The notes under the pieces: model-generated
Database searches by the model: none
The model's input: the letters and a program-made list of their open reading frames with translations, nothing else
What the model was told of the DNA's origin: nothing
Assembly (NCBI GenBank): GCA_964016885.1
Contig: OZ024745.1
Span: 2,480,001 to 2,544,000 of the forward strand
Source of the DNA: Eledone cirrhosa
Taxonomy: Eukaryota
Direction: 5' to 3'
Length of the DNA stretch: 64,000 bases
In this document: positions 16,567 through 29,877 of the stretch, in pieces
How the letters are laid out: every line of letters starts with the position of its first letter
Position numbering within the stretch: the stretch's first letter is position 1
Translations under genes and position numbers: made by a program

Positions 16567-18801
16567 GTCAGTGAGAGGCACACTGGGTCAAGTCACCACG
16601 ATATATTTCACCCCCATGTAGTGACTGTGTCTGTGAGAGGTACACTGGGTCAAGTCACCACGATATATTTCACCCCCATGTAGTGACTGTGTCTGTGAGA
16701 GGCACACTGGGTCAAGTCACCACGATATATTTCACCCCCATGTAGTGACTGTGTCTGTGAGAGGCACACTGGGTCAAGTCACTACGATATATTCCCCCCC
16801 CCATGTAGTGAATGTGTCAGTGAGAGGCACACTGGGTCAAGTCACCACGATATATCCCTGCCCCCATGTAGTGAATGTGTCAGTGAGAGGCACACTGGGT
16901 CAAGTCACCACGATATATCCCCCCCCCATGTAGTGAATGTGTCAGTGAGAGGTACACTGGGTCAAGTCACCACGATATATTCCCCCCCCCATGTAGTGAA
17001 TGTGTCTGTGAGAGGCACACTGGGTCAAGTCACCACGATATATTTCACCCCCCCCCCATGTAGTGACTGTGTCTGTGAGAGGCACACTGGGTCAAGTCAC
17101 CACGATATATTCCCCCCCCATGTAGTGACTGTGTCAGTGAGAGGCACACTGGGTCAAGTCACCACGATATATCCCTGCCCCCATGTAGTGAATGTGTCAG
17201 TGAGAGGCACACTGGGTCAAGTCACCACGATATATCCCCCCCCCCATGTAGTGAATGTGTCAGTGAGAGGCACACTGGGTCAAGTCACCACGATATATTC
17301 CCCCCCCATGTAGTGACTGTGTCTGTGAGAGGCACACTGGGTCAAGTCACCACGATATATTTCACCCCCATGTAGTGACTGTGTCTGTGAGAGGCACACT
17401 GGGTCAAGTCACCACGATATATTCCCCCCCCCCCCATGTAGTGAATGTGTCAGTGAGAGGCACACTGGGTCAAGTCACCACGATATATCCCTGCCCCCAT
17501 GTAGTGAATGTGTCAGTGAGAGGCACACTGGGTCAAGTCACCACGATATATCCCCCCCCCCATGTAGTGAATGTGTTAGTGAGAGGCACACTGGGTCAAG
17601 TCACCACGATATATTCCCCCCCCCCATGTAGTGACTGTGTCTGTGAGAGGCACACTGGGTCAAGTCACCACGATATATTTCACCCCCCCCCCCCATGTAG
17701 TGACTGTGTCTGTGAGAGGCACACTGGGTCAAGTCACCACGATATATTTCACCCCCCCCATGTAGTGACTGTGTCTGTGAGAGGCACACTGGGTCAAGTC
17801 ACCACGATATATTTCACCCCCCCCCCCCATGTAGTGAATGTGTCAGTGAGAGGCACACTGGGTCAAGTCACCACGATATATTTCACCCCCATGTAGTGAC
17901 TGTGTCTGTGAGAGGCACACTGGGTCAAGTCACCACGATATATTTCACCCCCATGTAGTGACTGTGTCTGTGAGAGGCACACTGGGTCAAGTCACCACGA
18001 TATATTCCCCCCCCCCATGTAGTGAATGTGTCTGTGAGAGGCACACTGGGTCAAGTCACCACGATATATTCCCCCCCCCCCATGTAGTGACTGTGTCTGT
18101 GAGAGGCACACTGGGTCAAGTCACCACGATATATTTCACCCCCATGTAGTGACTGTGTCTGTGAGAGGCACACTGGGTCAAGTCTCCACGATATATCCCC
18201 CCCCCATGTAGTGACTGTGTCAGTAAGAGACACACTGGGTCAAGTCACCACGATATATCCCCCCCCCCCCCCCATGTAGTGACTGTGTCAGTAAGAGGTA
18301 CACTGGGTCAAGTCACCACGATATATTTCACCCCCATGTAGTGACTGTGTCAGTGAGAGGCACACTGGGTCAAGTCACCACGATATATTTCACCCCCATG
18401 TAGTGACTGTGTCAGTGAGAGGCACACTGGGTCAAGTCACCACGATATATTTCACCCCCATGTAGTGACTGTGTCAGTGAGAGGCACACTGGGTCAAGTC
18501 ACCACGATATATTTCACCCCCATGTAGTGAATGTGTCAGTGAGAGGCACACTGGGTCAAGTCACCACGATATATCCTCCTACCCCCATGTAGTGACTGTG
18601 TCAGTAAGAGGTACACTGGGTCAAGTCACCACGATATATTTCACCCCCATGTAGTGACTGTGTCAGTGAGAGGTACACTGGGTCAAGTCACCACGATATA
18701 TCCCCCCCCCCCATGTAGTGACTGTGTCAGTAAGAGGTACACTGGGTCAAGTCACCACGATATATTTGACCCCCATGTAGTGACTGTGTCAGTGAGAGGT
18801 A
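16567..18801. repeat. Minisatellite, 62-68-bp unit, about 35 copies
   Basis: GTGAGAGGCACACTGGGTCAAGTCACCACGATATATTTCACCCCCATGTAGTGACTGTGTCT, with a variable C run. Confidence 0.97.
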
Positions 18802-18806
18802 CTACA

Positions 18807-19843
18807 TGTGTATGTGTATGTGTATGTGCGTGTGTGTTAGTGTATGTATATGTGTATGTGTGTGTATGTGTGTGTATGTGTGTGTGTCAGTGTGTGTGTG
18901 TGTCAGTGTGTGTGTGTTAGTGTGTGTCAGTGTGTGTTAGTGTGTCTGTGTGTGTCAGTGTGTGTGTGTGTGTCTGTGTGTGTCAGTGTGTGTGTGTGTT
19001 AGTGTGTGTGTGTGGGTGTGTGTTAGTGTGCGTCAGTGTGTGTCAGTGTGTGTGTGTAGGTCAGTGTGTGTGTGGTAGTGTGTGTGTGTGTGTGTGTGTT
19101 AGTGGATGTCAGTGGGTGTTAGTGTGTCAATGTGTGTCAGTGTGTGTGTGTGTGTCTTAGTGTGTGTCAGTGTGTGTATGTGTGTCAGTGTGTGTGTGTG
19201 TGTTAGTGTGTGTCAGTGTGTGTTAGTGTGTGTCAGTGTGTGTATCAGTGTGTGTGTGTTTGTGTGTGTCAGTGTGTGTTAGCTTGTCTGTGTGTGTCAG
19301 TGTGTGTGTTTGTGTGTGTGTTAGTGTGTGTCAGTGTGTGTTAGTGTGTGTCAGTGTGTGTATCAGTGTGTGTGTGTGTGTGTGTTAGTGTGTGTCAGTG
19401 TGTGTTAGTGTGTCAGTGTGTGTCAGTGTGTGTGTTTGTGTGTGTGTTAGTGTGTGTCAGTGTGTGTTAGTATGTGTCAGTGTGTGTATCAGTGTGTGTG
19501 TTAGTGTGTGTCAGTGTGTGTTAGTGTGTGTCAGTGTGTGTTAGTGTGTGTCAGTGTGTGTATCAGTGTGTGTGTGTGTTTGTGTTTGTTAGTGTGTGTC
19601 AGTGTGTGTTAGTGTGTTAGTGTGTGTCAGTGTGTGTGTTTGTGTGTGTGTTAGTGTGTGTCAGTGTGTGTTAGTGTGTGTGAGTGTGTGTATCAGTGTG
19701 TGTGTGTGTGTGTTAGTGTGTGTTAGTGTGTGTCAGTGTGTGTATCAGTGTGTGTGTGTGAGTGTTTTAGTGTGTGTCAGTGTGTGTATCAGTGTGTGTG
19801 TGTGTGTGTGTGTTAGTGTGTGTTAGTGTGTCTGTGTGTGTGT
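18807..19843. repeat. Degenerate (GT)n punctuated by TCAG/TTAG
   Basis: Direct reading. Confidence 0.95.
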
Positions 19844-19899
19844 ACTATGCAACAGTGACTAAATCCTTGACATTCTTCAGTGTCCAACATCTCTGGTAA

Positions 19900-20825
19900 T
19901 CTATATATATAAAACTGTGGTTGTCTGTCTGTCTATCGATTTTTGGCACACATCTCCTCTTAGAATCTCTCACGGAATTGCACTGAAATTGCTAGACTTG
20001 TACATTGAGCCCTAGCGAAGACATCGGAAAAAAAATATTTCAAATTGACCCACCCTATGTGACGAAATCGAATATAATGTATCGATTTTTGAGCGTAAGT
20101 TATCAGTTATTTCCCTTTGTTCTGTTTACATTGAGCGTCTTACGTAAAAAATTACGCTGGCTTTCTCAGCGTTTAAAATGACATTAACACAATACACGAA
20201 CAGTTGTCGAGCCAGCAAAATATTGACCTGCAAAATTCATCAGTTCGAACACTAAGCTTCCGTTTTGCTTCATTTCCATTTAAAAGCATTTTAAAACAAT
20301 ATTTTTACTTGAAAACAAGTCTATTTAAAGACTACGTAAAACAAGCAAATATTTCAGGCGTGCAGACAGACAGTCGTGCAGAGAGGTGATATAGGCGTGC
20401 AGACAGACAGTCGTGCAGAGAGGTGATATAGGCGTGCAGACAGATAGTCGTGCAGAGAGGTGATATAGGCGTGCAGACAGACAGTCGTGCAGAGAGGTGA
20501 TATAGGCGTGCAGACAGACATAACTGATAATTTGGTTACGCTAATGTTTTTCTCTGCGTTGCAGTGTTTACATTTTCGATCTTTGTTAATAAATAACCAG
20601 TGCAGTTTCTATCCCCAGCATCCTCTTTTGTTATAACATTCGGGTTATCGTTATGTTTTCTTAACTTCATAAGGCATATTGTTGGTTGAGGGAATATTAA
20701 TCAAAAACACCACATGCAAGTCTGCACAGTAGACACTACAGTTTTTAAGCCAAAAAAGAAACTTAACATTGTAACTTTAACACAGCTACTGAGCGACCCC
20801 GAGCAACGCCGGGCTTTACTGCTAG
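19900..20825 (+). mobile_element. Non-autonomous Helitron, 926 bp, same family as 10073-11530
   Basis: A|TCTATATATATAAAACTG ... CCCGAGCAACGCCGGG CTTTACTG CTAG|T; internal 37-bp tandem repeat at about 20357-20520. Confidence 0.9.
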
Positions 20826-21059
20826 TATTCAATAAAACATTCAAGTTTCTGTTTGAAGACCAGAACTTCCTTTGGGGGAGTTCTGGTCTGAAAGGGAGAT
20901 AACTCCAACAATTATGGCCAATGTGACGCTGTGGATCTGCTATGTATGTATGTATGTATGTATGTATGTATGTATGTATGTATGTATGTATGTATGTATG
21001 TATGTATGTATGTATGTATGTCTGTCTGTCTCTATGTGTGTGTGTATATATGTATGTGT

Positions 21060-21667
21060 CAGGTCACCAGTTGGTGCTACTGGTAACATGTATCCCAGTG
21101 CAACCTGTCTCATGGTCGGCTCGTTGGCGACTAAACTGGCAACCCCACCAAAGTTTCTTGGTGAGGAGGGTGACTTTGGACATCCTGCAGGACTAAAAAC
21201 AAAACCTGTCAAAGGGCAAAGGAGCTCTTAAGAGTCAATGGCCCACCAAAATCACCGGGAGAGATGACCCCTTAGCCTTTGTCAAGGCAGAATTCTAGGA
21301 GAAGGAAAACTCTGATATAACACCTGCAACCCGGATGGTATCCAATGATGTTGACTTGTTCTTCTTTTTGGTAAATATCATCTTGGTCAAGAGAGTGGGA
21401 CTGGCTTTGTGCAGTGCCTTTGCTCACTATAAAAGCTTCACGGCACAGGCATTGCTTTGTATCTGGAGATCTCTCTGCACTTGTCGTCACATGGTACCAT
21501 GGGCCCAGCACTATGTGTCAATAATTGTCACAAGTGTAGTGTTTGTACCAGAGTTTTCAAGTCGCTGGCTGGACTAAAAAGTCACACTCGTTCAGCGCAT
21601 CGGTAGGGGTTCTTCCACATGAATATAAAGTAGTGGCCGTACTCGAAAACGAGTTGGCAGCCACCAT
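21060..21667 (+). mobile_element. RTE-like non-autonomous retroelement (longest copy), in (TATG)n
   Basis: CTAGGAGAAGGAAAACTCTGA resembles RTE-clade 5' UTR sequence; three copies share the 3' end with different 5' starts; simple-repeat tail. Confidence 0.6.
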
Positions 21668-21776
21668 GTATATATGTATGTATATATGCATGTTATCTCT
21701 TTCTCTTAATTTCGAGTATATTTTTTTTTTGACCGGCCACCTTCCTGGTGGCAAGGTTGTAAAAAAAAAGAAATTG

Positions 21777-22220
21777 TCATCCCTTGAATCGCAAGAATGT
21801 TTTGCAAATTTTGAAGGTGCCAGCTATCGCAGCCATTTGTAGACTATGAATTAGGGAGCGCGCTTTTTGTCCGCAAATCCAAGTTCAGTCATACTTTGGT
21901 CCAAGCGGGTTGGTATATAACCCGTAGCTCCAATAATGATGGGTATGAAGCTAAAGGTGTATCTTGGATACTGGATTTGTAAACTCCTCATCAATGGTTT
22001 GTAGATGTCCTCCTTCTCCTGTATTTTTCTGACAACATTTACATCAAGTGGGCAGCTTGTTGTTAATTTTGTTTTCCGAAGTGCGTTCCAGATGGTTCTA
22101 GCTATCCCATCGTGTCTCATGGGGAGGTAGTAGCGAGATGACATTCTTTCGCAGCTGGCAACGATGTGGCTTACATCCTCGATCTTTGTTTTACATAGCC
22201 TACATTTATTGTCAGCTGCT
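21777..22220 (-). pseudogene. 3' fragment of an RLE-type non-LTR retrotransposon ORF (R4/Dong-like)
   Basis: [14 protein letters not shown] (CCHC), [18 protein letters not shown]; frameshifted C-terminus LQMAAIAGTFKICKTFLRFKG*; the PD..D segment is missing. Confidence 0.85.
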
Positions 22221-22332
22221 GTATGTATGTATGTATATATGTATGTATGTATGTATATATATATGTATTTATGTATGTATGTATGTATGTATGTATGTAT
22301 GTGTGTATGTATATATATATATATATATGTAT

Positions 22333-22373
<41 letters not shown>

Positions 22374-22715
22374 TGTTCTTCTGGTTTTATAATTTCACAA
22401 CGTTTTCCCAATAGAGAGAGAGTCAGTTTCTAACATAGACACAAGACTCTCTCATTGGAATTTACACAACATCAACTAGGTAGATATGTATGTATGAATG
22501 CATGTGTAGATATGGATGTTATTGTATGTGTGGATGTGGATGTTTTGAGTTGTATGTGTGCATGTGTATATGCTTTGTATCTGTACATGTGTATATGCAG
22601 TTATTAGATGCAAAATTTTTGGAATGTTTTACATATTTTTACTGTTCCATTAATGGATTGTACTTGTAGTTTCCTAATGTATGTATGCATATATATATAT
22701 ATGTATGTATGTATG

Positions 22716-23120
22716 TGATGACCCCTTAGCCTTTGTCAAGGCAGAATTCTAGGAGAAGGAAAACTCTGATATAACACCTGCAACCCTGATGGTATCCAAT
22801 GATGTTGACTTGTTCTTCTTTTTGGTAAATATCATCTTGGTTAAGAGAGTGGGACTGGCTTTGTGCAGTGCCTTTGCTCACTATAAAAGCTTCACGGCAC
22901 AGGCATTGCTTTATATCTGGAGATCTCTCTGCACTTGTCGTCATATGGTAACATGAGCCCAACACTATGTGTCAGTAATTGTCACAAGTGTAGTGTTTGT
23001 ACCAGAGTTTTCAAGTCGCTGGCTGGACTAAAAAGTCACACTCGTTCAGCGCATCGGTAGGGGTTCTCCTACATGGATATAAAGTAGTGGCCGTACTCGA
23101 AAACGAGTTGGCAGCCACCA
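22716..23120 (+). mobile_element. RTE-like non-autonomous element, 5'-truncated copy
   Basis: Near-identical to 21264-21667; (TATG)n on both sides. Confidence 0.8.
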
Positions 23121-23135
23121 TGTATGTATGTATGT

Positions 23136-23196
23136 TCTCGTAGCAAAGTTGTAAAAGAAAAGAAATTGTCAACCCTTGAATCGCAAGAATGTTTTG
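23136..23196 (-). mobile_element. Extreme 3' end of the same R4-like LINE
   Basis: Encodes KTFLRFKG* and matches about 21750-21803; followed by (CATA)n on the minus strand. Confidence 0.65.
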
Positions 23197-23483
23197 GAAA
23201 GTTGCCAGCAATCCCACACACAGTCACAGACATATGCAGACACACACACTGGAAAGTTGCCAGCAATCCCACACACAGACACACACATATGGTTGGTATG
23301 TATCTCCACCGTCGATAGCAAATTAGTAAAAATAACGGACTTATTATATACATAAATATATCGCCAGCACCAACAGTTTTGCAAGAGATGTCAATATGAA
23401 TGGACCTGTTACTTTTATCTAAAGACATTTTTTTTCAATTCCAACCCACCCGTCTCCTCAATCTATTTTATTTCTCATTCTTT

Positions 23484-23519
23484 CTTCTGATGAAGGACTA
23501 GCGCCCGAAACACGTTAAG
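23484..23519 (+). ncRNA. Minimal type I hammerhead motif
   Basis: CTT CTGATGA AGG ACTAGCG CCC GAAAC AC GTT AAG after a pyrimidine tract; stems are very short. Confidence 0.5.
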
Positions 23520-23629
23520 TCCCCTCTTCCTGCTATATCAAGCGTTAATCTAATATATCCCTTCCATATACTGTACCGATTGCGTTGTTATTTCTGTTTA
23601 CCTTTTACATACATATATATATATATATA

Positions 23630-24100
23630 CTAGCCGAATTACTCGCGCCTTGCTGCATTTCACACATTTTTTTGTAAGAAAATGATGATTGATTTTAATT
23701 CAGTGATATAATTTATGGAGAAAAACTCTGCATTTCAATATTACTCAATGTAAAATGTAATGGCATGAAAAATTTAAAACATTATTTTTTGTAATATATC
23801 AAATCAAAATTACATTAGTAAATCTTATTCTTATTTTGTTTCTTTCAAATATTAATTCAAAACTGTTGTGAATAGGCATTATATCTTGTCATTTACCTAT
23901 GGTTTAAATTTCATATAAATCAAAGGGAAAACATTTTCAGTGGGGGTTTGTGCCCCCGGGGAACACTTTGATTAAAATGAAATATACTTATCCAAGTACT
24001 CTGGGCAATGTAGTTTCAGAATATATATGGTTATGGGGGTCTATCTCCAATAGGAGGAGTTCGTGAACAAACAAACAGGAACTACAACTTTATATATATA
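23630..24100 (-). mobile_element. Second non-autonomous Helitron family, degenerate
   Basis: Minus strand starts (TA)nAAGTTGTAGTTCCTGTTTGTTTG and ends with GC-rich GCAGCAAGGCGCGAG...GGCTAG|T. Confidence 0.55.
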
Positions 24101-24220
24101 TGCGTGTATGTGTGTGTTTGCAACTACGTGTTTTGTGCGTGTGTGCATATGTGTGTATGTGGAAGCGTGTTACAATTCATGATAATTAAATGACTACTTA
24201 ATATTTCTACTATCTATGTG

Positions 24221-24259
<39 letters not shown>

Positions 24260-24294
24260 TTGTTATCGGTATGGTGAACTAACTGTTGTGTTAC

Positions 24295-24342
<48 letters not shown>

Positions 24343-24344
<2 letters not shown>

Positions 24345-24480
24345 CGAAGGAAGTGTGGTAAGGAGCCAGATGGACCATAATGCACCAGAGTACTCAATAC
24401 TTAGGGTAGTAGAGTGGGTAATAGTCTAGAAATAGCCGTCGAAACGGCTTGAGCTCTGCCGTCGGGTCATATATTTTCAT
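24343..24480. mobile_element. Family A element, inversion with deletion
   Basis: Tail in one orientation joined to the GAAACGGC...GCCGTC half in the other. Confidence 0.8.
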
Positions 24481-24708
24481 ATATATATATACACACACGA
24501 ATAATTAATACATTTAGGGTTTTAATTTAGAAGTAAATAAAATAAGAATTGTGTATTGTAAATTTGAAGGGAAAAAATATGAATAAAGGATAAAGCAAGG
24601 TTTTTATCAAAATTAATATTCTATAAAATATTTATAGCATACATTAATAAAAACCAGTTAATAGAAACGTGTGATTATAAATGTTATAAAGATACATTTA
24701 TATATATA

Positions 24709-24807
<99 letters not shown>

Positions 24808-24949
24808 GATATAGATATATATATAATATATTATATATTATATAAGTATAATAAATATATATATATATATACATATACATATATGCTTGTGTGTATAAAG
24901 AAAGAAATATATGAATGTATATTTATTTATATACGTATGCTATATAAAC

Positions 24950-24999
<50 letters not shown>

Positions 25000-25000
<1 letters not shown>

Positions 25001-25230
25001 ACGAAGGAAGTGTGGTAAGGAACCAGGTGGACCATAACAGACCAGAGTACTCGATACTTTGGGTAGTAAAGTGGGTAATATGAAAAGAGTCAGTGCCCCG
25101 ACGGCAGAGCTCAAGCCGTTTCGACAGCTATTTCTGGACTCCATACTACATACAGTCCATACTACATACAGTCCAGAAAAAGCTGTCGAAACGGCTTGAG
25201 CTCTGCCGTCTGGGTTCGGACTCTTTTCTT
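25000..25230 (-). mobile_element. Family A element with inversion; loop carries a 17-bp tandem duplication
   Basis: Inverted arms surround TCCATACTACATACAG x2. Confidence 0.8.
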
Positions 25231-25251
25231 ATATATATATATATATATACC

Positions 25252-25491
25252 TCTGGAGCCACTTTTTTCACATAAAACAGGTAGAATTTCCCAAACTAAT
25301 CAGATTAGAGCAAACATCACGGGAGATCTATCTCAAAATTATTTTTGAAAAGCATTAGAAATGCGCAACCGGTAAAACTTAAAACCAAAACTGAATACTA
25401 ACCAATACTTATTACTAATTTATACTTATTCCTAATTAAACTATTTTTCACTGGGAACAATTTGTCAGCATTTTCTTTTCCTTTTACCAAT
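25252..25491. mobile_element. Family E repeat, diverged inverted copy
   Basis: Reverse-complement homologue of 11531-11778. Confidence 0.75.
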
Positions 25492-25571
25492 ATATATATA
25501 TATATAAATATTTATATATATATATATATTTATATATCCATGTGCTACCTGCAGTATTTTTCTCTATATTT

Positions 25572-25728
<157 letters not shown>

Positions 25729-25760
25729 AAAGAATGGAGGTGTAACACACAAGTTATTAT

Positions 25761-26268
<508 letters not shown>

Positions 26269-26515
26269 ACATGCCCACGCACACACAGAAGCATACCTGT
26301 ACCACTTATGTCAATTCTAAAGACAAATACGACCCCTTCCTCCAACATCTACAAATGTAGCCCCAATAATAATCTACCTCTGTTAATATAAAGCTACAGG
26401 CTTCTTGTTGTATTTAATTTATTGGCTTTATGTCTCCCGGGGTGTAAAGCACAATGTGGATCACAGCCAAGTTTTGGAAGAGCTTGCAGAATATGGTGGT
26501 CTACTGGTTAATATG

Positions 26516-29008
26516 GTGTGACAGACGCTATGTGTGACATACGCTAGGTGTGACAGATGCTAGGTGTGACAGACGCTAGGTGTGACAGACGCTAGGTGTG
26601 ACAGACGCTAGGTGTGACAGACGTTAGGAGTGACAGACGCTAGGTGTGACAGATGCTAGGTGTGACAGACGTTAGGTGTAACAGACGCTAGGTGTGACAG
26701 ATGCTAGGTGTGACAGACGCTATGTGTGACAGACGTTAGGTGTGACAGACGCTAGGTGTGACAGATACTAGGTGTGACAGACGCTAGGTGTGACAGACGC
26801 TATGTGTGACAGACGTTAGGTGTGACAGACGCTAGGTGTGACAGATGCTAGGTGTGACAGACGCTATGTGTGACAGACGTTAGGTGTGACAGACGCTAGG
26901 TGTGACAGACGCTAGGTGTGACAGACGCTATGTGTGACAGACGCTAGGTGTGACAGACGCTAGGTGTGACAGACGCTAGGTGTGACAGACGTTAGGAGTG
27001 ACAGACGCTAGGTGTGACAGACGCTAAGTGTGACAGACGCTATGTGTGACAGACGTTAGGTGTGACAGACGCTAGGTGTGACAGACGCTAGGTGTGACAG
27101 ACGCTATGTGTGACAGACGTTAGGTGTGACAGACGCTAGGTGTGACAGACGCTAGGTGTGACAGACGCTAGGTGTGACAGACGTTAGGTTGACAGACGCT
27201 AGGTGTGACAGACGCTAGGTGTGACAGACGCTAGGTGTGACAGATGCTAGGTGTGACAGACGTTAGGTGTGACAGACGCTAGGTGTGACAGACGCTAGGT
27301 GTGACAGACGCTAGGTGTGACAGACGCTAGGTGTGACAGATGCTAGGTGTGACAGACGCTAGGTGTGACAGACGCTAGGTGTGACAGACACTAGGTGTGA
27401 CAGACGCTAGGTGTGACATACGTTAGGAGTGACAGACGCTAGGTGTGACAGACGCTAGGTGTGACAGACGCTAGGTATGACAGACGCTAGGTATGACAGA
27501 CGCTAGGTGTGACAGACATTAGGAGTGACATACGCTAGGAGTGACAGACGCTAGGTGTGACAGACGTTAGGAGTGACAGACGCTAGGTGTGACAGACGCT
27601 AGGTGTGACAGACGCTAGGTATGACAGACGCTAGGTGTGACAGACGTTAGGAGTGAGAGACGCTGGGAGTGACAGACGCTAGGTGTGACAGACGCTAGGT
27701 GTGACATACGCTAGGTGTGACAGACGCTAGGAGTGACAGACGCTAGGTGTGACAGACGTTAGGTGTGACAGACGCTAGGTGTGACAGATGCTATGTGTGA
27801 CAGACGTTAGGTGTGACAGACGTTAGGTGTGACAGACGCTAGGTGTGACAGACGCTAGGTGTGACAGACGTTAGGTGTGACAGACGCTAGGTGTGACAGA
27901 CGCTATGTGTGACAGACGTTAGGTGTGACAGACGTTAGGTGTGACAGACGCTAGGTGTGACAGACGATATGTGTGACAGACGCTAGGTGTGACAGACGCT
28001 AGGTGTGACAGATGCTAGGTGTGACAGACGCTAGGTGTGACAGACGCTAGGTGTGACAGACACTAGGTGTGACAGACGCTAGGTGTGACAGACGTTAGGA
28101 GTGACAGACGCTAGGTGTGACAGACGCTAGGTGTGACAGACGCTAGGTGTGACAGACGCTAGGTATGACAGACGCTAGGTATGACAGACGCTAGGTGTGA
28201 CAGACGTTAGGAGTGACATACGCTAGGAGTGACAGACGCTAGGTGTGACAGACGTTAGGAGTGACAGACGCTAGGTGTGACAGACGCTAGGTGTGACAGA
28301 CGCTAGGTATGACAGACGCTATGTGTGACAGACGTTAGGAGTGACAGACGTTAGGAGTGACATACGCTAGGTGTGACAGACGCTAGGTGTGACATACGCT
28401 AGGTGTGACAGACGCTAGGAGTGACAGACGCTAGGTGTGACAGATGCTAGGTGTGACAGACGCTATGTGTGACAGACGCTAGGTGTGACAGACACTAGGT
28501 GTGACAGACGCTAGGTGTGACAGACGTTAGGAGTGACAGACGCTAGGTGTGACAGATGCTAGGTGTGACAGACGCTATGTGTGACAGACGCTAGGTGTGA
28601 CAGACACTAGGTGTGACAGACGCTAGGTGTGACAGACGTTAGGAGTGACAGACGCTAGGTGTGACAGACGCTAGGTGTGACAGACACTAGGTATGACGGA
28701 CGCTAGGTATGACAGACGCTAGGTGTGACAGACGTTAGGAGTGACATACGCTAGGAGTGACAGACGCTAGGTGTGACAGACGTTAGGAGTGACAGACGCT
28801 AGGTGTGACAGACGCTAGGTGTGACAGACGCTAGGTATGACAGACGCTAGGTGTGACAGACGTTAGGAGTGACAGACGCTGGGAGTGACATACGCTAGGT
28901 GTGACAGACGCTAGGTGTGACATACGCTAGGTGTGACAGACGCTAGGTGTGACAGACGCTAGGTGTGACAGACGCTAGGTGTGACAGACGCTAGGTGTGA
29001 CAGACGCT
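26516..29008. repeat. Minisatellite, 16-bp unit, about 155 copies
   Basis: GTGACAGACGCTAGGT. Confidence 0.98.
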
Positions 29009-29009
29009 A

Positions 29010-29213
29010 TAGGATCAATGTCTTCCTCGGTGGTGGCAGTTGCAAGACGTCTAGTCTTTGGGTCATCTTCAAACCAGCAGCCCACTTTTACACTGTTGAT
29101 AAAGCTGGAGAGTCATCCCTTTATGTAGCAACCATGACAACATGAATGTCCTTGGGGGTTAAACCCTTTTTCTACAGATGCTTGAAAACACTACGATGTC
29201 AAATTTTGTCCAT
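29010..29213 (-). pseudogene. Mariner transposase N-terminal (HTH) relic
   Basis: MDKI*HRSVFKHL*KKGLTPKDIHVVMVAT*RDDSPALSTV*KWAAG / EDDPKTRRLATATTEEDID, matching the mariner STV.KW...EDD.RSGRP pattern, with stops and a deletion. Confidence 0.8.
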
Positions 29214-29280
29214 TTTCAAGAGAAGTCATTACATTTGAGGTCTTCTTTCAACAGTCAAATGTCAGCTTACCTGGAAAGAA

Positions 29281-29388
29281 ATAATTGTTTCTACTTTTGG
29301 CACAAGGCCAGCAATTATCCCAGTGTATTACTGGTACTTTATTTTATCGACCCTGTAAGGATGAAAGGCAAAGTTAACCTCGGAGGTA
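29281..29388 (-). mobile_element. SINE family 1, 3' half
   Basis: Near-identical to 781-888. Confidence 0.85.
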
Positions 29389-29550
29389 TTTTAACTTTGC
29401 CTTTCTTACTTACCTGGGAAGAAATAATGTAGAATGTAGTTATTAATAAGCTTTCTGGTTCCTTCCAGCTCAATTTTCACTGACGTTCATTTTGACTTTC
29501 ATCTTTTCGAAGTCAATTAAAAAATGTACAAGATTAGTACTGTGGCCGAT

Positions 29551-29623
<73 letters not shown>

Positions 29624-29624
29624 G

Positions 29625-29702
<78 letters not shown>

Positions 29703-29841
29703 TCTCTTTATTAGTCATTCTCCTTTGCTGGACGAAATCGTTTGTATAGCGACATGGAGAAGGAATGGTTTCTGTCAAGTTTAAAATACCCAAATATGTC
29801 GTCACCCCTGCGTCTCTACAGCTCCACCAGGAGTTACGGAA

Positions 29842-29875
<34 letters not shown>

Positions 29876-29877
<2 letters not shown>

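Noticed and set aside
16567-18801. CRISPR-like regular array or repeat protein (VSVRGTLGQVTTIY)
   Set aside because: There are no unique spacers and no cas genes, the context is eukaryotic, and C-run variation shifts frame at random.
26397-26515. Possible host exon
   Set aside because: No recognisable protein or convincing splice pair; it cannot be excluded without RNA-seq.
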